NCBI GenBank assembly: GCA_946413585.1
Contig: CAMKLG010000010.1
Span: 437-64,436, forward strand
DNA from: an uncultured Bacteroidales bacterium
GTDB lineage: Bacteria; Bacteroidota; Bacteroidia; Bacteroidales; WCHB1-69
Reading direction: 5' to 3'
DNA: 64,000 nt
A program made the translations under genes and the position numbers. Positions 1-10,800 of the stretch are shown here, piece by piece. The notes under the pieces were generated by a model. It was not told the DNA's origin. It saw only the letters and a program-made list of their open reading frames with translations, and did not search any database. Every line of letters starts with the position of its first letter. Within the stretch, counting starts at the first letter, position 1.

Positions 1-58
1 AAAATTAGAAGCAACTTATTCCTATCCTTTCTTCAATTTCCTATTTGTGGAGATTTTT

Positions 59-89
59 GTGGAAAGCAGCGACTTTCCACCCTATTTTT
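59..89 (+). terminator. Putative Rho-independent terminator of an off-window upstream gene
   Basis: 8-bp stem GTGGAAAG (59-66) / CTTTCCAC (73-80), 6-nt loop, then CCTATTTTT. Confidence 0.45.
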
Positions 90-221
90 GGATAACTAAA
101 CATTATTTCCCTTTACGAAGAAATATAATATAGCGGGTCTTTCACTTCTTATGTTTGCCATTTATTGGGCCAACGTTATTCCGGTCCAAGCACCATTGTT
201 GGTTGAATACCGGACTTTTCG

Positions 222-229
222 TATTTTTG
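222..229 (+). promoter_or_regulatory. Bacteroidota-type -7 promoter box (TAnnTTTG)
   Basis: TATTTTTG lies 26 nt upstream of the ATG at 255. Confidence 0.55.
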
Positions 230-254
230 CCGCCCGAAAAAACGAGCTGAAAAT

Positions 255-947
255 ATGTCAAAGACACTTAGAACTCCGTTGAAAGATAGATCGTTACCGA
301 ATTATTCCCGCAAAGAGGAAATCCTGAATTGCGCCAGTCATGCGGTTGGCGTGGTCTGCGCCCTCGTGATGATGTATATGATTGTGCGTGCATCGCTGCA
401 AAACCAAAGCTTGCTTGCACTGGTCAGCAGTGTCATCTACGTCCTCTCCGTTTTTGTTATGTTCCTGGTTTCCAGTATCTACCACGGACTTCCCAAAGGG
501 ATGCCCAAACAGGTGATGCGCGTGGTCGATCATTGCGACATCTTCTTCACCATCGCGGGCACCTACACGCCCATTATGCTTTTGGGCGTACTCAAAGTCA
601 ACCCTCCCATGGCGTGGTCGATTTTGGCCGTTGAATGGATTTTCGCCATCCTCGGCATTGTCCTAAATGCCATTGACATCAAAAAATACGCGAAATTCTC
701 CATGATTTGCTACTTGGCCATGGGCTGGTGCGTGATCATCAGTCTGCGCGACACCATCACCGCCATGACGTGGCCGGGCTTTGCCTGGATTCTGTATGGC
801 GGCGTGGCCTACACCATCGGTGCCATCCTCTACCTCATTGGCAAGAAAAAACCTTACCGGCATTTTGTTTTCCACCTTTTCGTACTCGCCGCCGCTGTTT
901 TGCAATTCGTTGGAGTGTTTGGGTACTTGTTGGCTGTTGGCTGTTAG
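255..947 (+). CDS. Hemolysin III / PAQR family 7-TM membrane protein
   Basis: 230 aa and multi-TM. Family-like motifs SSIYHG and HCDIFFTIAGTYTP. ATG start. The stop lies inside a heptamer array. Confidence 0.85.
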   Translation: MSKTLRTPLKDRSLPNYSRKEEILNCASHAVGVVCALVMMYMIVRASLQNQSLLALVSSVIYVLSVFVMFLVSSIYHGLPKGMPKQVMRVVDHCDIFFTIAGTYTPIMLLGVLKVNPPMAWSILAVEWIFAILGIVLNAIDIKKYAKFSMICYLAMGWCVIISLRDTITAMTWPGFAWILYGGVAYTIGAILYLIGKKKPYRHFVFHLFVLAAAVLQFVGVFGYLLAVGC

Positions 948-1105
948 CTGTTGGCTGTTGGTCGTGCACTGGCGAGAAAGGGATGCTTTGTTACTTAAGA
1001 CTTAGACTTAAACTTAGACTTAGACATAGACTTTTGACGTAGGACTCCCTATTGCCTATTGCCTATTGCCTTTTGCCTATTCCCTATTCCCTACTCCCTT
1101 TTCCC
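924..1105. repeat. Three abutting short-period tandem arrays at a convergent gene junction
   Basis: (TGGCTGT)x5-6 at 924-965; (CTTAGA/CTTAAA)x8 at 994-1044; (CCTATTG/CCTATTC/CCTACTC)x8 at 1048-1105. The arrays run into the 3' ends of both flanking genes. Confidence 0.9.
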
Positions 1106-3185
1106 TCGCGACTACGCACAACAGCAGCAGCACCAGGAACGTCAGCCATTCCAGCGTCCAGGCGGCTGAAACAAAGGGTTTGCGATAGGTGAAGACGACT
1201 TTTTGCGTGCCTTTGGGAACCTGTACGGACATCATGGAACTGTTGATGCGGTGGATTTCCAAGTCGCGTCCGTCGGCCTCACAATGCCAACCAGGATAGT
1301 AATTCTGCGTAAGGACGAGCGGCCGGGACTCTTTCACATTGGTTTTCAAGACAATACAACCAGGATCAAACTGCACAATGGTCGCTGACGAAGTCGAATC
1401 TTGATAAGTTCCTTTCCTTTCTTGCTGTTCTACGTATGCGGTGTCATCATTCAAAATGTGGGCAACCGTGTCGAAAACGATTGTCCTCGGAAAGAAGGCG
1501 ATAGGTAAATCCATGTTCAGCTCTTGACCGTTTTCAAAATAGGGTTGTTGCATTTTATCGAAATTACTGAGCATGAATGGATTATAACTCTCCCACTCTA
1601 CCTGTTTGAAGAACGATCCGGCGTTTTTCCACAACAGATGCGGGTCGGGATCCTGAATAGCGGAGGCGTTGCTCAGACGCTGCGGGACAGTTCGCGCCCG
1701 AGATTGTGTGATCCGCGCCAAATCCCGATGCCGTAATTCCTTATTATAAACAGTATATGGAGCAATCACTGCCACATGTAACATCATATCAATCAATAAA
1801 ATAACCAATAGCAGACAAGAGGCCTGACGGAATTTCAAGAATCGGAAAATGAGTATGGGAAGAAGGGCTATGGCCAAGGTCATCACCGCTTCCTTCCTCA
1901 ATTTGCGGAAGAAGGTATGCGGAAACAGGTCGCTTTCCCACCCTTTGCTAATGGGCAGATTAACCGCCACCAGTACAACGAGTGACACTGCGACGACCAT
2001 CAACATTGTTATAATCAATATTTTACGCGCTTTCTGATTTCCTTTCGAAATGGCATCAAATCCTACGGCGGCGAAAAGCAACATCGTGATAATGAAGAAA
2101 ATCCGCATCAACGTGGGGATGCGCATCAATTGTACCAACGGCAAGGTGTAGAACGCAAATCGGTGGAACGGCAACACCCGACCGTATGCAAACAGCAACG
2201 ACAAAACGCCCAACCCCAGCAGAAGCCATAGCATACGACTACGGTTTCGACACACCCCGACTACAAAGAACGCCAACGTAATGATGCCCACATAGATACT
2301 GCGCATGGTGACATCTGAAGACATAATACTGGGTTCTGTGGTAATGGTGTACGGGAACAGCAGGGAAGACAGCGATGGAAAATCGTTCGAAATCTGCGTA
2401 TAATCAAGTGATTGCCCACGTGTAATCCAGGGTTTGACCTCAACGAAGGAGATGATGGTGGGTAGGGCAAGTACGATAAAAAGCAGCACTGCCAATGCGC
2501 CAAAGAGACAAATATCGCGGAAATGACGGGAACGCTTATTCTTGACATCGTGAAACGCCATTGCCACAAACAGGGCGGCAACAATATAGACATATCCAAA
2601 ACTGAATCCGGGGTACCCACCCGTGAACATCAGCGAGGCGAAGATGGCGGTGCAAACGGCAGGTCGCCAACCTGGGGTGCGCAACAGTTGTAATGTGCTG
2701 TACATCAGCCACGGGAGCCAAGCGCCTGCCACTATCCACGACAGATGCTGTGCATTCCCCACGAAAAAGCCCGACATCAGATATGCGAACGCACCAACGA
2801 ATGCGGCAGGTCGTGACACATTGAAATGTAGGCACAGACAGTAAAGTCCCCAACCTCCAACAAAGACGTGCATCATAAACTCAATAGCGCACCAAATGGA
2901 GTGATATGGGCCAAAAATCGCAAAAATCCGTGCCGGGATATAAAACACACCCGTCTGAGGGTCTGCATGGGCAGGTGTCCCCATCATTTGGTAGGGATTC
3001 CACAACGGGGAAAGGTGATTCCTCAAGCAGTCAATGTGGAAATAACGTTGCGGGAAAAATTCGTTGTAAAAATCATGAATACATGGGTGTGCGAGAAAAC
3101 CGGCGTAAGCCAACACGGTAATCACGAGCAGCAACCCGACATACACCCCATCCATTTGCCATATCTTCCGAAACTTCTCCGACAT
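1077..3185 (-). CDS. Large polytopic membrane protein, YfhO-like (putative glycan/lipid-linked transferase family)
   Basis: 702 aa. More than 10 hydrophobic segments in the N-terminal two thirds, followed by a soluble C-terminal domain and a final TM. Assignment rests on overall architecture only. Confidence 0.5.
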   Translation of the reverse strand: MSEKFRKIWQMDGVYVGLLLVITVLAYAGFLAHPCIHDFYNEFFPQRYFHIDCLRNHLSPLWNPYQMMGTPAHADPQTGVFYIPARIFAIFGPYHSIWCAIEFMMHVFVGGWGLYCLCLHFNVSRPAAFVGAFAYLMSGFFVGNAQHLSWIVAGAWLPWLMYSTLQLLRTPGWRPAVCTAIFASLMFTGGYPGFSFGYVYIVAALFVAMAFHDVKNKRSRHFRDICLFGALAVLLFIVLALPTIISFVEVKPWITRGQSLDYTQISNDFPSLSSLLFPYTITTEPSIMSSDVTMRSIYVGIITLAFFVVGVCRNRSRMLWLLLGLGVLSLLFAYGRVLPFHRFAFYTLPLVQLMRIPTLMRIFFIITMLLFAAVGFDAISKGNQKARKILIITMLMVVAVSLVVLVAVNLPISKGWESDLFPHTFFRKLRKEAVMTLAIALLPILIFRFLKFRQASCLLLVILLIDMMLHVAVIAPYTVYNKELRHRDLARITQSRARTVPQRLSNASAIQDPDPHLLWKNAGSFFKQVEWESYNPFMLSNFDKMQQPYFENGQELNMDLPIAFFPRTIVFDTVAHILNDDTAYVEQQERKGTYQDSTSSATIVQFDPGCIVLKTNVKESRPLVLTQNYYPGWHCEADGRDLEIHRINSSMMSVQVPKGTQKVVFTYRKPFVSAAWTLEWLTFLVLLLLCVVAREKGVGNRE

Positions 3186-3211
3186 AATATATCACATTGA
3201 ATCATAGCAAT

Positions 3212-5704
3212 TTACGCATCCACATTTACCACACAACGCACTTTCTTGAAATCAGGGAGCTGTTTGAACTGCCGTAGTATTTCCGCCAGCAGCTGCTTCT
3301 TGGAAGAAAGGGAGTGGTCGCGGGGCAGCTTCAGCCAAAAGTCTTGCAGGAAATAGTTCTGAATGCGTGCCACCAGCGGCGCAGCGGGTCCCATCACACT
3401 GCCGGCAAACGCCCCACGCAACAATCCTTGCAATTGCATCGCAGCGGCCAGAACCGTCTGTTCCTCAGGATGTTTCAGCGTAATCTTGACCATGCGCGTG
3501 GCAGGAGGCAAATGGAAACGCAACCGTTCTTCAATTTGACTGTGGTACATAGCAGCAAAGTCATTGGTTTCCACGTATTTAAGTGCGGGGTGGTTGGGCT
3601 GGTACGTCTGAATGACCACCTTGCCCGGCACCTCCTTGCGTCCCGCGCGACCGCTCACCTGCGACAATAGCTGAAACGCCCGTTCGAAGGCTCTGAAATC
3701 TGGGAAAGAGATAAGCGCGTCGGCGTTCAAGATGCCCACCACACTCACGCGGTCGAAATCCAGTCCCTTGGTCACCATCTGCGTGCCCACCAAAATGTCC
3801 GTTTTATGCTGCTCGAAATCCGTAATAATCTGTTGGTATGCATTTTTCGAGCGCGTGGTATCCATATCCATGCGAGCTATACGCGCCTCTGGAAAGATAT
3901 CCGCCAATGTATCCTCAACTTGTTCTGTACCAAACCCTTTCATCTCAATATCGGTACTATGACACGTTGGGCACTCGCGCGGTACCTCAATGGCATAGCC
4001 GCAATAGTGGCACTTCAGCAGGTTCGTCTTCTTATGGTAAGTCAAGGTCACGTCGCAATACTGGCATTTGGGCATCGACTCGCAGGTATGGCAAATCATG
4101 CGAACCGCATAGCCGCGTCGGTTTTGGAACAGGATGATCTGCTCCTTGCGTTCCAACGCCATCGCCATCTGCTCAATCAGGAAATGCGAGAAGAGGCCCT
4201 GCACCTCGTGACGCTTAGTGGCCAAATTCATGTTAACGGTATATATATCAGGAAGATGACTGTCAGCATATCGCTGCATTAGTTCCACCAGACCAAATTT
4301 GTGCAACTGCACGTTAAAGTAGGTTTCCACCGATGGAGTAGCCGTTCCTAGCAGCACTTTAGCCCCATGAATCTGTCCCAACATCACGGCAGCATCGCGG
4401 GCGTGATAGCGCGGAGCGGGATCCACCTGCTTATAGGAAGAATCGTGTTCTTCATCCACAATAATCAGTCCCAAGTTCTTGTATGGCAGCAACAAAGCCG
4501 AACGTGCACCCAAAATCAGCTGATACTTGGCACTGTCGTCCTGCTCGCCACCATTCAACACGCGATCCCAAATCTCCACCCGCTCATACTCATTGAAACG
4601 GGAATGATAAACCCCGACCTTTTCTCCAAAATATTTCCTTAATCGATTGACAATCTGAGAAGTAAGAGCGATTTCCGGCAACAAATACAGCACCTGCTTC
4701 CCTTGCTTCAATACCTCGTCAATCAATTTGATGTAGATTTCCGTTTTTCCGCTCCCTGTCACTCCATGCAAGAGCGTTACAGAAAATTGTCCAAAAGAAT
4801 GCTTAATTTGCTGATACGCATTATCTTGCGGGACAGAAAGTTGCACTTCAGCAGCGTTCTCCGCAGAAATATCAACCAATCGGGAAATCACATGTTCCTC
4901 GGACTTCAAAATCCCTTTCTTCAACAATGTTTGCAGGCTACTCGGATTGATTTTTTCGGAATGGACGAGTGTTGATTTGGGGATGGCAGCATCGAAATGG
5001 TAGCGGTTGCCTTCACGAGTAAGCATCATGAAAGCCAGCAGTGTGTCGGCTTGGGTTGCAGTGCTGCTTTTCGCGTTCAAACGGTCGAGCAATTCCATAA
5101 AGGCAGGTTCTTGGTCGTATGGCGATGCCAAACGTACAACCGTCTCTTTCTTAGGCTTATACGGATTCCGAATCTCTTCATCCGTGATGACCGCGTGTTT
5201 ATCGACGAGCGATTTGATGATAGGCATCACCTTGGCGACCTGCAGACTTTTGCCCACCTCCGCCACAGTCATCGTTTCGCGATGGAGGAGCAGCTCCATG
5301 ACATTCATCTCGTAGGGAGTCAGCACCGTAACATCGCCGTCGAATTCAGGGTGAATTTTCACCTTTGTTTCGCTGGCGAGGCGTAAGGCAGAAGGCAGCG
5401 CGGCAGCCATCACTTCCCCTACTGTGCACATGTAATACGTTGATATCCATTGCCATAGACGGTATTGTGCTTCTGAAACGACAGGTCGTTCATCTATGAC
5501 ATCCAACACATATTTCGTGGAAAATTGTTTGGGAGCCTCCTCATGCACCCGTTCCACCACAGCAGCATAGAGTTTGTTGTTCCCAAACGGCACAATGACT
5601 CTCATTCCGAATACAATCTGGCCATTCAAGGCTTGGGGCACGCGATAGGTAAATCGCGCCTCCAAAGGCAATGGCAAAATCACATCGACGAAGAATATCT
5701 GCAT
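3212..5704 (-). CDS. priA: Primosomal protein N' (replication restart helicase PriA)
   Basis: 830 aa. Walker A GVTGSGKTEIY, DEEHD box, and Cys-rich zinc-binding insert CHTCESMPKCQYCDVTLTYHK...CHYCG...CPTC. Confidence 0.95.
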   Translation of the reverse strand: MQIFFVDVILPLPLEARFTYRVPQALNGQIVFGMRVIVPFGNNKLYAAVVERVHEEAPKQFSTKYVLDVIDERPVVSEAQYRLWQWISTYYMCTVGEVMAAALPSALRLASETKVKIHPEFDGDVTVLTPYEMNVMELLLHRETMTVAEVGKSLQVAKVMPIIKSLVDKHAVITDEEIRNPYKPKKETVVRLASPYDQEPAFMELLDRLNAKSSTATQADTLLAFMMLTREGNRYHFDAAIPKSTLVHSEKINPSSLQTLLKKGILKSEEHVISRLVDISAENAAEVQLSVPQDNAYQQIKHSFGQFSVTLLHGVTGSGKTEIYIKLIDEVLKQGKQVLYLLPEIALTSQIVNRLRKYFGEKVGVYHSRFNEYERVEIWDRVLNGGEQDDSAKYQLILGARSALLLPYKNLGLIIVDEEHDSSYKQVDPAPRYHARDAAVMLGQIHGAKVLLGTATPSVETYFNVQLHKFGLVELMQRYADSHLPDIYTVNMNLATKRHEVQGLFSHFLIEQMAMALERKEQIILFQNRRGYAVRMICHTCESMPKCQYCDVTLTYHKKTNLLKCHYCGYAIEVPRECPTCHSTDIEMKGFGTEQVEDTLADIFPEARIARMDMDTTRSKNAYQQIITDFEQHKTDILVGTQMVTKGLDFDRVSVVGILNADALISFPDFRAFERAFQLLSQVSGRAGRKEVPGKVVIQTYQPNHPALKYVETNDFAAMYHSQIEERLRFHLPPATRMVKITLKHPEEQTVLAAAMQLQGLLRGAFAGSVMGPAAPLVARIQNYFLQDFWLKLPRDHSLSSKKQLLAEILRQFKQLPDFKKVRCVVNVDA

Positions 5705-5714
5705 GGAAAAGGAA

Positions 5715-6830
5715 TTAGTAGGTACTTGGAACTATCTCATTATCTTTAACTTCCAAGAACTGCACATTCACATTTTCATATCCGCCATTCGGCGATTTGT
5801 CTAACGAAAGCGGAAAGGCGATAGGGGAAACTTTCACGCGGTCAATGTCTTTACCGCCGCGCAGGAACTCCACGAAAAAGCGGGTGATGTCGTAACCTTG
5901 AAACGCAAAATTCTCCAAAGAAGGGGGCACGCCGTACTTCTGCGTATAATCATAGACGTACGTTTTGACCTTTTCGCTGGAATAATCGATGTAATATTCT
6001 GAAAAATAGTGCAGATTCAGTTTGGAATAATACTCAATATCATACGTTTTGGATTCCATCCACGACACCGGCACCACAAAAGTGAGGTTATTGGTTTTCT
6101 CACTGTAAAGCAGATTCCGGGAGATGATGAGATTCTGCGCAGGATCGTCGTAAAAGGAAATCACAAACTGGCGTTGATCCTTCTTGATACTTGACACCAC
6201 GGAGCTTGCACTCGAATACACCACGTAAGGCACCTGATTCTTATCGAAATAGCTGAGATAACTCCTCATTTCGCGACTGGGAGCTGTCGAATCGCCATAG
6301 AGGATGATGGGGAACGCCCCGGACTGTTGTGCCATGAAAGCGACCATGGCAGGGCGCGCCTCCAAAGAAGGTATCAACTTATAAACGAATTCGTTATTCA
6401 CTGTCACATCCTGACGATTGGTGAACGGATTCACAATCGGGATTTCATATTGTTTGGCATATTGGGCTGCGATGGCAAACGTTTTACTGAAAAACGGTCC
6501 GATGATGAGATCCACCTCATTCATCAACGTCTCATCCTCCAAAATCTTCCGCAATTTCGTTTCATTACTGGTGATATCGCGGACAATGACGTTCAACGGC
6601 ACATTTTCAGCATTATACTCCTCCAGCGCCATCTGTGAACCGTTCCAAAAACCCATCAACCGATATGACAGAACATTGTCCATATCTTCGCACTCCTTGA
6701 TATAGGGAGATGTGTAATTTTCTGATTCAAAGGGAATCAAATAGAGAATGGTAAATCGTTCTCCTTGCTGACCCCAAGCGGTGGCCAAAGCAAGAACGAG
6801 GCATAGCAGACTGAGAATCAATCTTTTCAT
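5715..6830 (-). CDS. Periplasmic-binding-protein type 1 (LivK-like) ligand-binding protein with signal peptide
   Basis: 371 aa with an N-terminal signal peptide. PBP1-like segment LIIGPFFSKTFAIAAQYAKQYEIPIVNPF. Confidence 0.5.
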   Translation of the reverse strand: MKRLILSLLCLVLALATAWGQQGERFTILYLIPFESENYTSPYIKECEDMDNVLSYRLMGFWNGSQMALEEYNAENVPLNVIVRDITSNETKLRKILEDETLMNEVDLIIGPFFSKTFAIAAQYAKQYEIPIVNPFTNRQDVTVNNEFVYKLIPSLEARPAMVAFMAQQSGAFPIILYGDSTAPSREMRSYLSYFDKNQVPYVVYSSASSVVSSIKKDQRQFVISFYDDPAQNLIISRNLLYSEKTNNLTFVVPVSWMESKTYDIEYYSKLNLHYFSEYYIDYSSEKVKTYVYDYTQKYGVPPSLENFAFQGYDITRFFVEFLRGGKDIDRVKVSPIAFPLSLDKSPNGGYENVNVQFLEVKDNEIVPSTY

Positions 6831-6841
6831 CTTAAAAACAT

Positions 6842-7708
6842 TTAGAATCTGTCCAAAACTTTACGGCAGAGGTCTGCCATCAAATCGTGATAGCTGTCAA
6901 GGAATTCACCCGTCACGCGATTCGCAATCATCAAGCAAACCGTCAGAGGTTGGTGACCGAGCATATTGCCCAGACCATAGACGGCCGAGCATTCCATCTC
7001 CATGTTCGTAAATCCAACTCCTTGGTATCTAAAACTTTCAATCATCCGATTCAAATCCGGGTACTTCAGCTTGGCGCGCACTTCCCTGCCCTGCGAACCG
7101 AAAAAGCCAGGTGCGCTAATGGTGAGTCCCTTGCGCATGTCATATCCTATACGCTCCATGAGCACCGGTGATGCGGGCGTGCAATAAGGACGCGGCAGAC
7201 GACTGCTCCAGTGCGTGTGACGCATGAACTCTTCCACGATATCCTCACGACTAATGTCGTCATAGTCGTAAAACTGTATCACGTCATCAATCCCTAATCC
7301 CAAAGAGGATGCAACCGTGGTACCCACCTCAATTTCAGGCTGTAACGCACCAGAAGTGCCTATGCGCACCAAATTCAGGACACGATGTGTCTCTTTTTCG
7401 ATGCGGGTTTTCAAGTCTATATTCGCCAAAGCATCCAACTCCGTAATCACAATTTCAACATTACCTGTCCCCATTCCCGTGGAAATCACGGAGACACGTT
7501 TGCCTTTGTACATGCCCGTATGGGTGATCAGCTCGCGATTCTGTTTTTTCACCTCGATGGTGTCAAGCATGGAGGAAATCATCTCCACGCGTCCCGGATC
7601 CCCCACGAGAATGATATTGTCAGCCAATTCTTCGGGATGCAAATTGAGGTGATATATAGCTCCATCATTCTGCAAAGGCAGCTCTGATGCTGGTATCTGT
7701 TTATTCAT
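6842..7708 (-). CDS. Nucleoside phosphorylase (PNP/UDP phosphorylase family 1)
   Basis: Motifs IILVGDPGRV, GMGTGN and EMECSAVY. Start moved to the ATG at 7708 (MNKQ...) because the -7 box at 7733-7740 lies downstream of the ORF-track start. Confidence 0.75.
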   Translation of the reverse strand: MNKQIPASELPLQNDGAIYHLNLHPEELADNIILVGDPGRVEMISSMLDTIEVKKQNRELITHTGMYKGKRVSVISTGMGTGNVEIVITELDALANIDLKTRIEKETHRVLNLVRIGTSGALQPEIEVGTTVASSLGLGIDDVIQFYDYDDISREDIVEEFMRHTHWSSRLPRPYCTPASPVLMERIGYDMRKGLTISAPGFFGSQGREVRAKLKYPDLNRMIESFRYQGVGFTNMEMECSAVYGLGNMLGHQPLTVCLMIANRVTGEFLDSYHDLMADLCRKVLDRF

Positions 7709-7732
7709 AATTCTGCGTTTTTTTAGAAAAGG

Positions 7733-7740
7733 CAAAAATA
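7733..7740 (-). promoter_or_regulatory. -7 promoter box (TAnnTTTG on the minus strand)
   Basis: CAAAAATA on the + strand equals TATTTTTG on the minus strand, 25 nt upstream of the ATG at 7708. Confidence 0.55.
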
Positions 7741-7751
7741 CATTTTTTTTA

Positions 7752-7759
7752 TATCTTTG
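7752..7759 (+). promoter_or_regulatory. -7 promoter box (TAnnTTTG)
   Basis: TATCTTTG lies 46 nt upstream of the ATG at 7805, back-to-back with the minus-strand box at 7733-7740. Confidence 0.55.
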
Positions 7760-7804
7760 CAACCTCTATTTTATTTAAGAAATAAAAACAAAATCCGTAT
7801 CGTT

Positions 7805-10800
7805 ATGTTAAGAAAAGTTTTCTCTATTTTATTGTTCTTAACTTGGTGTTTTGTCACCACTGCACAAACATTCATTCCACTGTCGGAATCCTTCGAGGGC
7901 GACTTTCCGCCACAAGGATGGACATCATTGCACACCGACGGACTCACCTACTGGGAGCAGACCAGCTCCACGACATACTGCAACGGAGCTTATAACGGAT
8001 CCCATTTCGTGATGATCGGTGCCGGACAAGGCGACAACTACCTGATAACTCCCAAGTTGCACCCGCAAGCAGGCGATTCCATCGTTTTCTACATGGGGAT
8101 TGAAAGTGCAGGCTACAACCTCAACAACCTCACCACTGTGGAAATTTCCACCTCAGGTAATGCGCCCGAGAACTTCACCGCCATCAGAACGCTGACAGTC
8201 GCCGACTTCACCTCGGCCAACACCTGGCACCGGTTCGCGCTGAGCCTGAGCGCCTACGAGGGACAAAACATCTATCTGGCATTCCACAACATCGTCTCCC
8301 ACGGATCCATGTTCGGTGGCGGAGAGCTCTACCTCGACTATGTCAACGGCCCCACGGCGGAGATTCCCGCCTGCACGCCCCCTACAGCATTGACTTCCAG
8401 CAACATCACGGGCACCAGCGCAGACCTGTCATGGACATCGGACGCCCCCGAGCATATCGTCTATTTACGTGCTGCCGGCGAAACCGATTACACGGCCTAT
8501 CCCAACGCCACACTCGACTCTGTCCTGCATATTTTCCAACTCACCGAGCTTACGGAAAACGTCACCTACCAATGGTATGTGGCCGCTATCTGCAACGACA
8601 CGCTCAACAGTCCGGTGGCCACTTTCCGCACCACCTCCTGCCACTCTCTCACCAGCGATGACCTCCCCTACTTCACCACTTTCGACAATCTCGAAAATCT
8701 GGGTGACCTTCCCGAATGTTGGACGCGAATAGAAGAGGTGGAATTTTCCCCTGGCACCGACGTTTTCTTCCCGGGTGCTTTTTCCGCATCCTACCTTTAC
8801 GCCCCATGGATCACGGGCGACACCATGCTTTACTTTATCAACCAAGACGGTGGCCGTTGCTGGGTGTCCATGCCTGCCGTGGATGTCGAGGTTCACCAGT
8901 TGCGGTTGCGTTTCTCGGCCAAGCCCTATACTAACAGCGCGGAATATGGTCGCTTGGAAATCGGGTTGTTGGAAGACCTCGCCGACACGAGCAACTTCGA
9001 AATCGTGCAGACCATCGAAGCGGCCAATCTCCCGTCCAACAACTTCATTCCCTACACCATCTCTTTTGGCAACACCGGCATCTCCGGCCCCAACCGCTAC
9101 ATCTGCTTCCGTACCATCGGACAATCGGAAGGCACCTGGCATGTTGACAACCTCACTTTGGAGGCCATTCCCGCTTGCAACGAGCCTTCCGGCCTGGCAG
9201 TCAACGAGGTGACGGCCACCACTGCCTCCTTGTCGTGGATTCCGGGAGACGATTCGCAAATCCAATTTTTCATACACTATCGTCCGCTGGGCGATACCGC
9301 ATGGCAGGAATTGGAAGTCTTCATCTTCGACTCTGCTTTCACGGAACTGGAAGGTTTGCGGCACAGCACCACGTATGAAGCCTACGTGACCGCGCCGTGC
9401 GCACCCCAGCAGAGCAATCTCGTGACTTTCACCACCGGATGTCTCCCCATTGAGGCCGAAAATCTGCCTTATCAGATGAACTTCGAAAACACAGCGACCT
9501 ACGAGCTGCCGCTCTGTTGGACTCTGCTGCAAGGGCACAACGAGTACGGCCACACCTACCCATGCACCCACGAAGGGACCACCGCCTACGAAGGTAACCA
9601 CTGTCTGCGTTTCTTCGCCAACGCCACTGACAGCAATATCGTGGCACTTCCGCCCATCGGCGAAAATATCCAACAGCTGCGCATCAAATTCTGGCTCAAG
9701 CCTGGCGGCAACATGACCCCTTACGGATGCATGGAAATCGGCCTGATGTCCGATTTGGAAGATCCGTCGTCTTTCGAAGTTGTCAGAACTATAACTGCCT
9801 CTCAATTAAGCACTAGCGATTATCAATTCTACAAAATCCCCTTCCATACCGCCACGATTTCCGGTGCCGACAGATACATCGTGTTCCGCTGCATCAACAG
9901 CATGAACACCACCTCAGGCTATGCATGGTACTTAGATAATCTTGTGGTAGAACACACGCCCGACTGCGCCGAACCCGAAAATTTGACGGTGACCGAAGTT
10001 TCCCCCTCGTCCGTTGGTTTAACCTGGACTTTGGACAACCCGTCTCCGACCCCGTGCACGCTGTACTACAGCGAATTAGGCGACACTGTATGGACTGCAC
10101 AATCGGTGGACAGTGCCCTGAGCACCACCATTGTCAATCTCTCACCGAGCACCACTTACACAGCATTCATCGCTGCCGACTGCGCCCCCGACCAGTTCTC
10201 CTTGCCCCTCTATTTCACTACTGATTGTCCGGGGATTACCGCTGCGGAGCTCCCGAAAGTCTGGGATTTTGAAAACGACAATCCCGCAGGCACGCAGACA
10301 CGCCCTCTTCCCAGCTGCTGGAAACGCGCTGCCCTGCCCAACGGCAACGTCCCATACGTTTTAACCGACGCGGTGCAAGCTCTCCAGGGTGCCAAATCAC
10401 TCTATTTCAGCAATGTGGAAGGCTATGCCATTCTTCCCCCTGTTGATGAGAACCTGGACCTCAACACCTTGCAACTTTCCTTCATGGTGCGCAGCTCCCA
10501 TATCGGCAACATTGACTACACTTCTCGATTCGAAGTAGGGGTAATGAGTAATCCTCTGGATATCAACACCTTCCATGCAATTAGGACATTCTCCATCAGC
10601 GGCGGTACCTACACACCCGTCGAAGTCTCTTTCGCCAACTATTCTGGAGAAGGGAAATATATGGCAATCAGACAATTAGAAGGCACCGACTCTGAGGCAA
10701 AGGGGTATATTGACATGGTGACGATAGACACTGTTTCGGATTGCGAACGCCCCTACGACCTGCATGAAGAGATTCTTTCCGAGAGTGCCACACGACTGAT

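Noticed and set aside
7757-7804. ORF-track starts that are non-ATG or lie upstream of promoter boxes: 7757 TTG, 7762, 24789 TTG, 57972 TTG, 18391 TTG and 58042
   Set aside because: In each case a TAnnTTTG -7 box lies inside or downstream of the proposed start. A downstream ATG gives a proper signal peptide or family N-terminus.
8465-9805. Long antisense ORFs opposite real genes: 8465-9805, 21151-21768, 46465-47046, 56620-57687, 60697-61656, 18542-19147 and others
   Set aside because: Each lies wholly inside a longer opposite-strand gene with clear family motifs. Their products are low-complexity (Arg/Gly/His/Val-rich) with no recognisable motifs. This is the typical shadow-ORF effect of codon bias.
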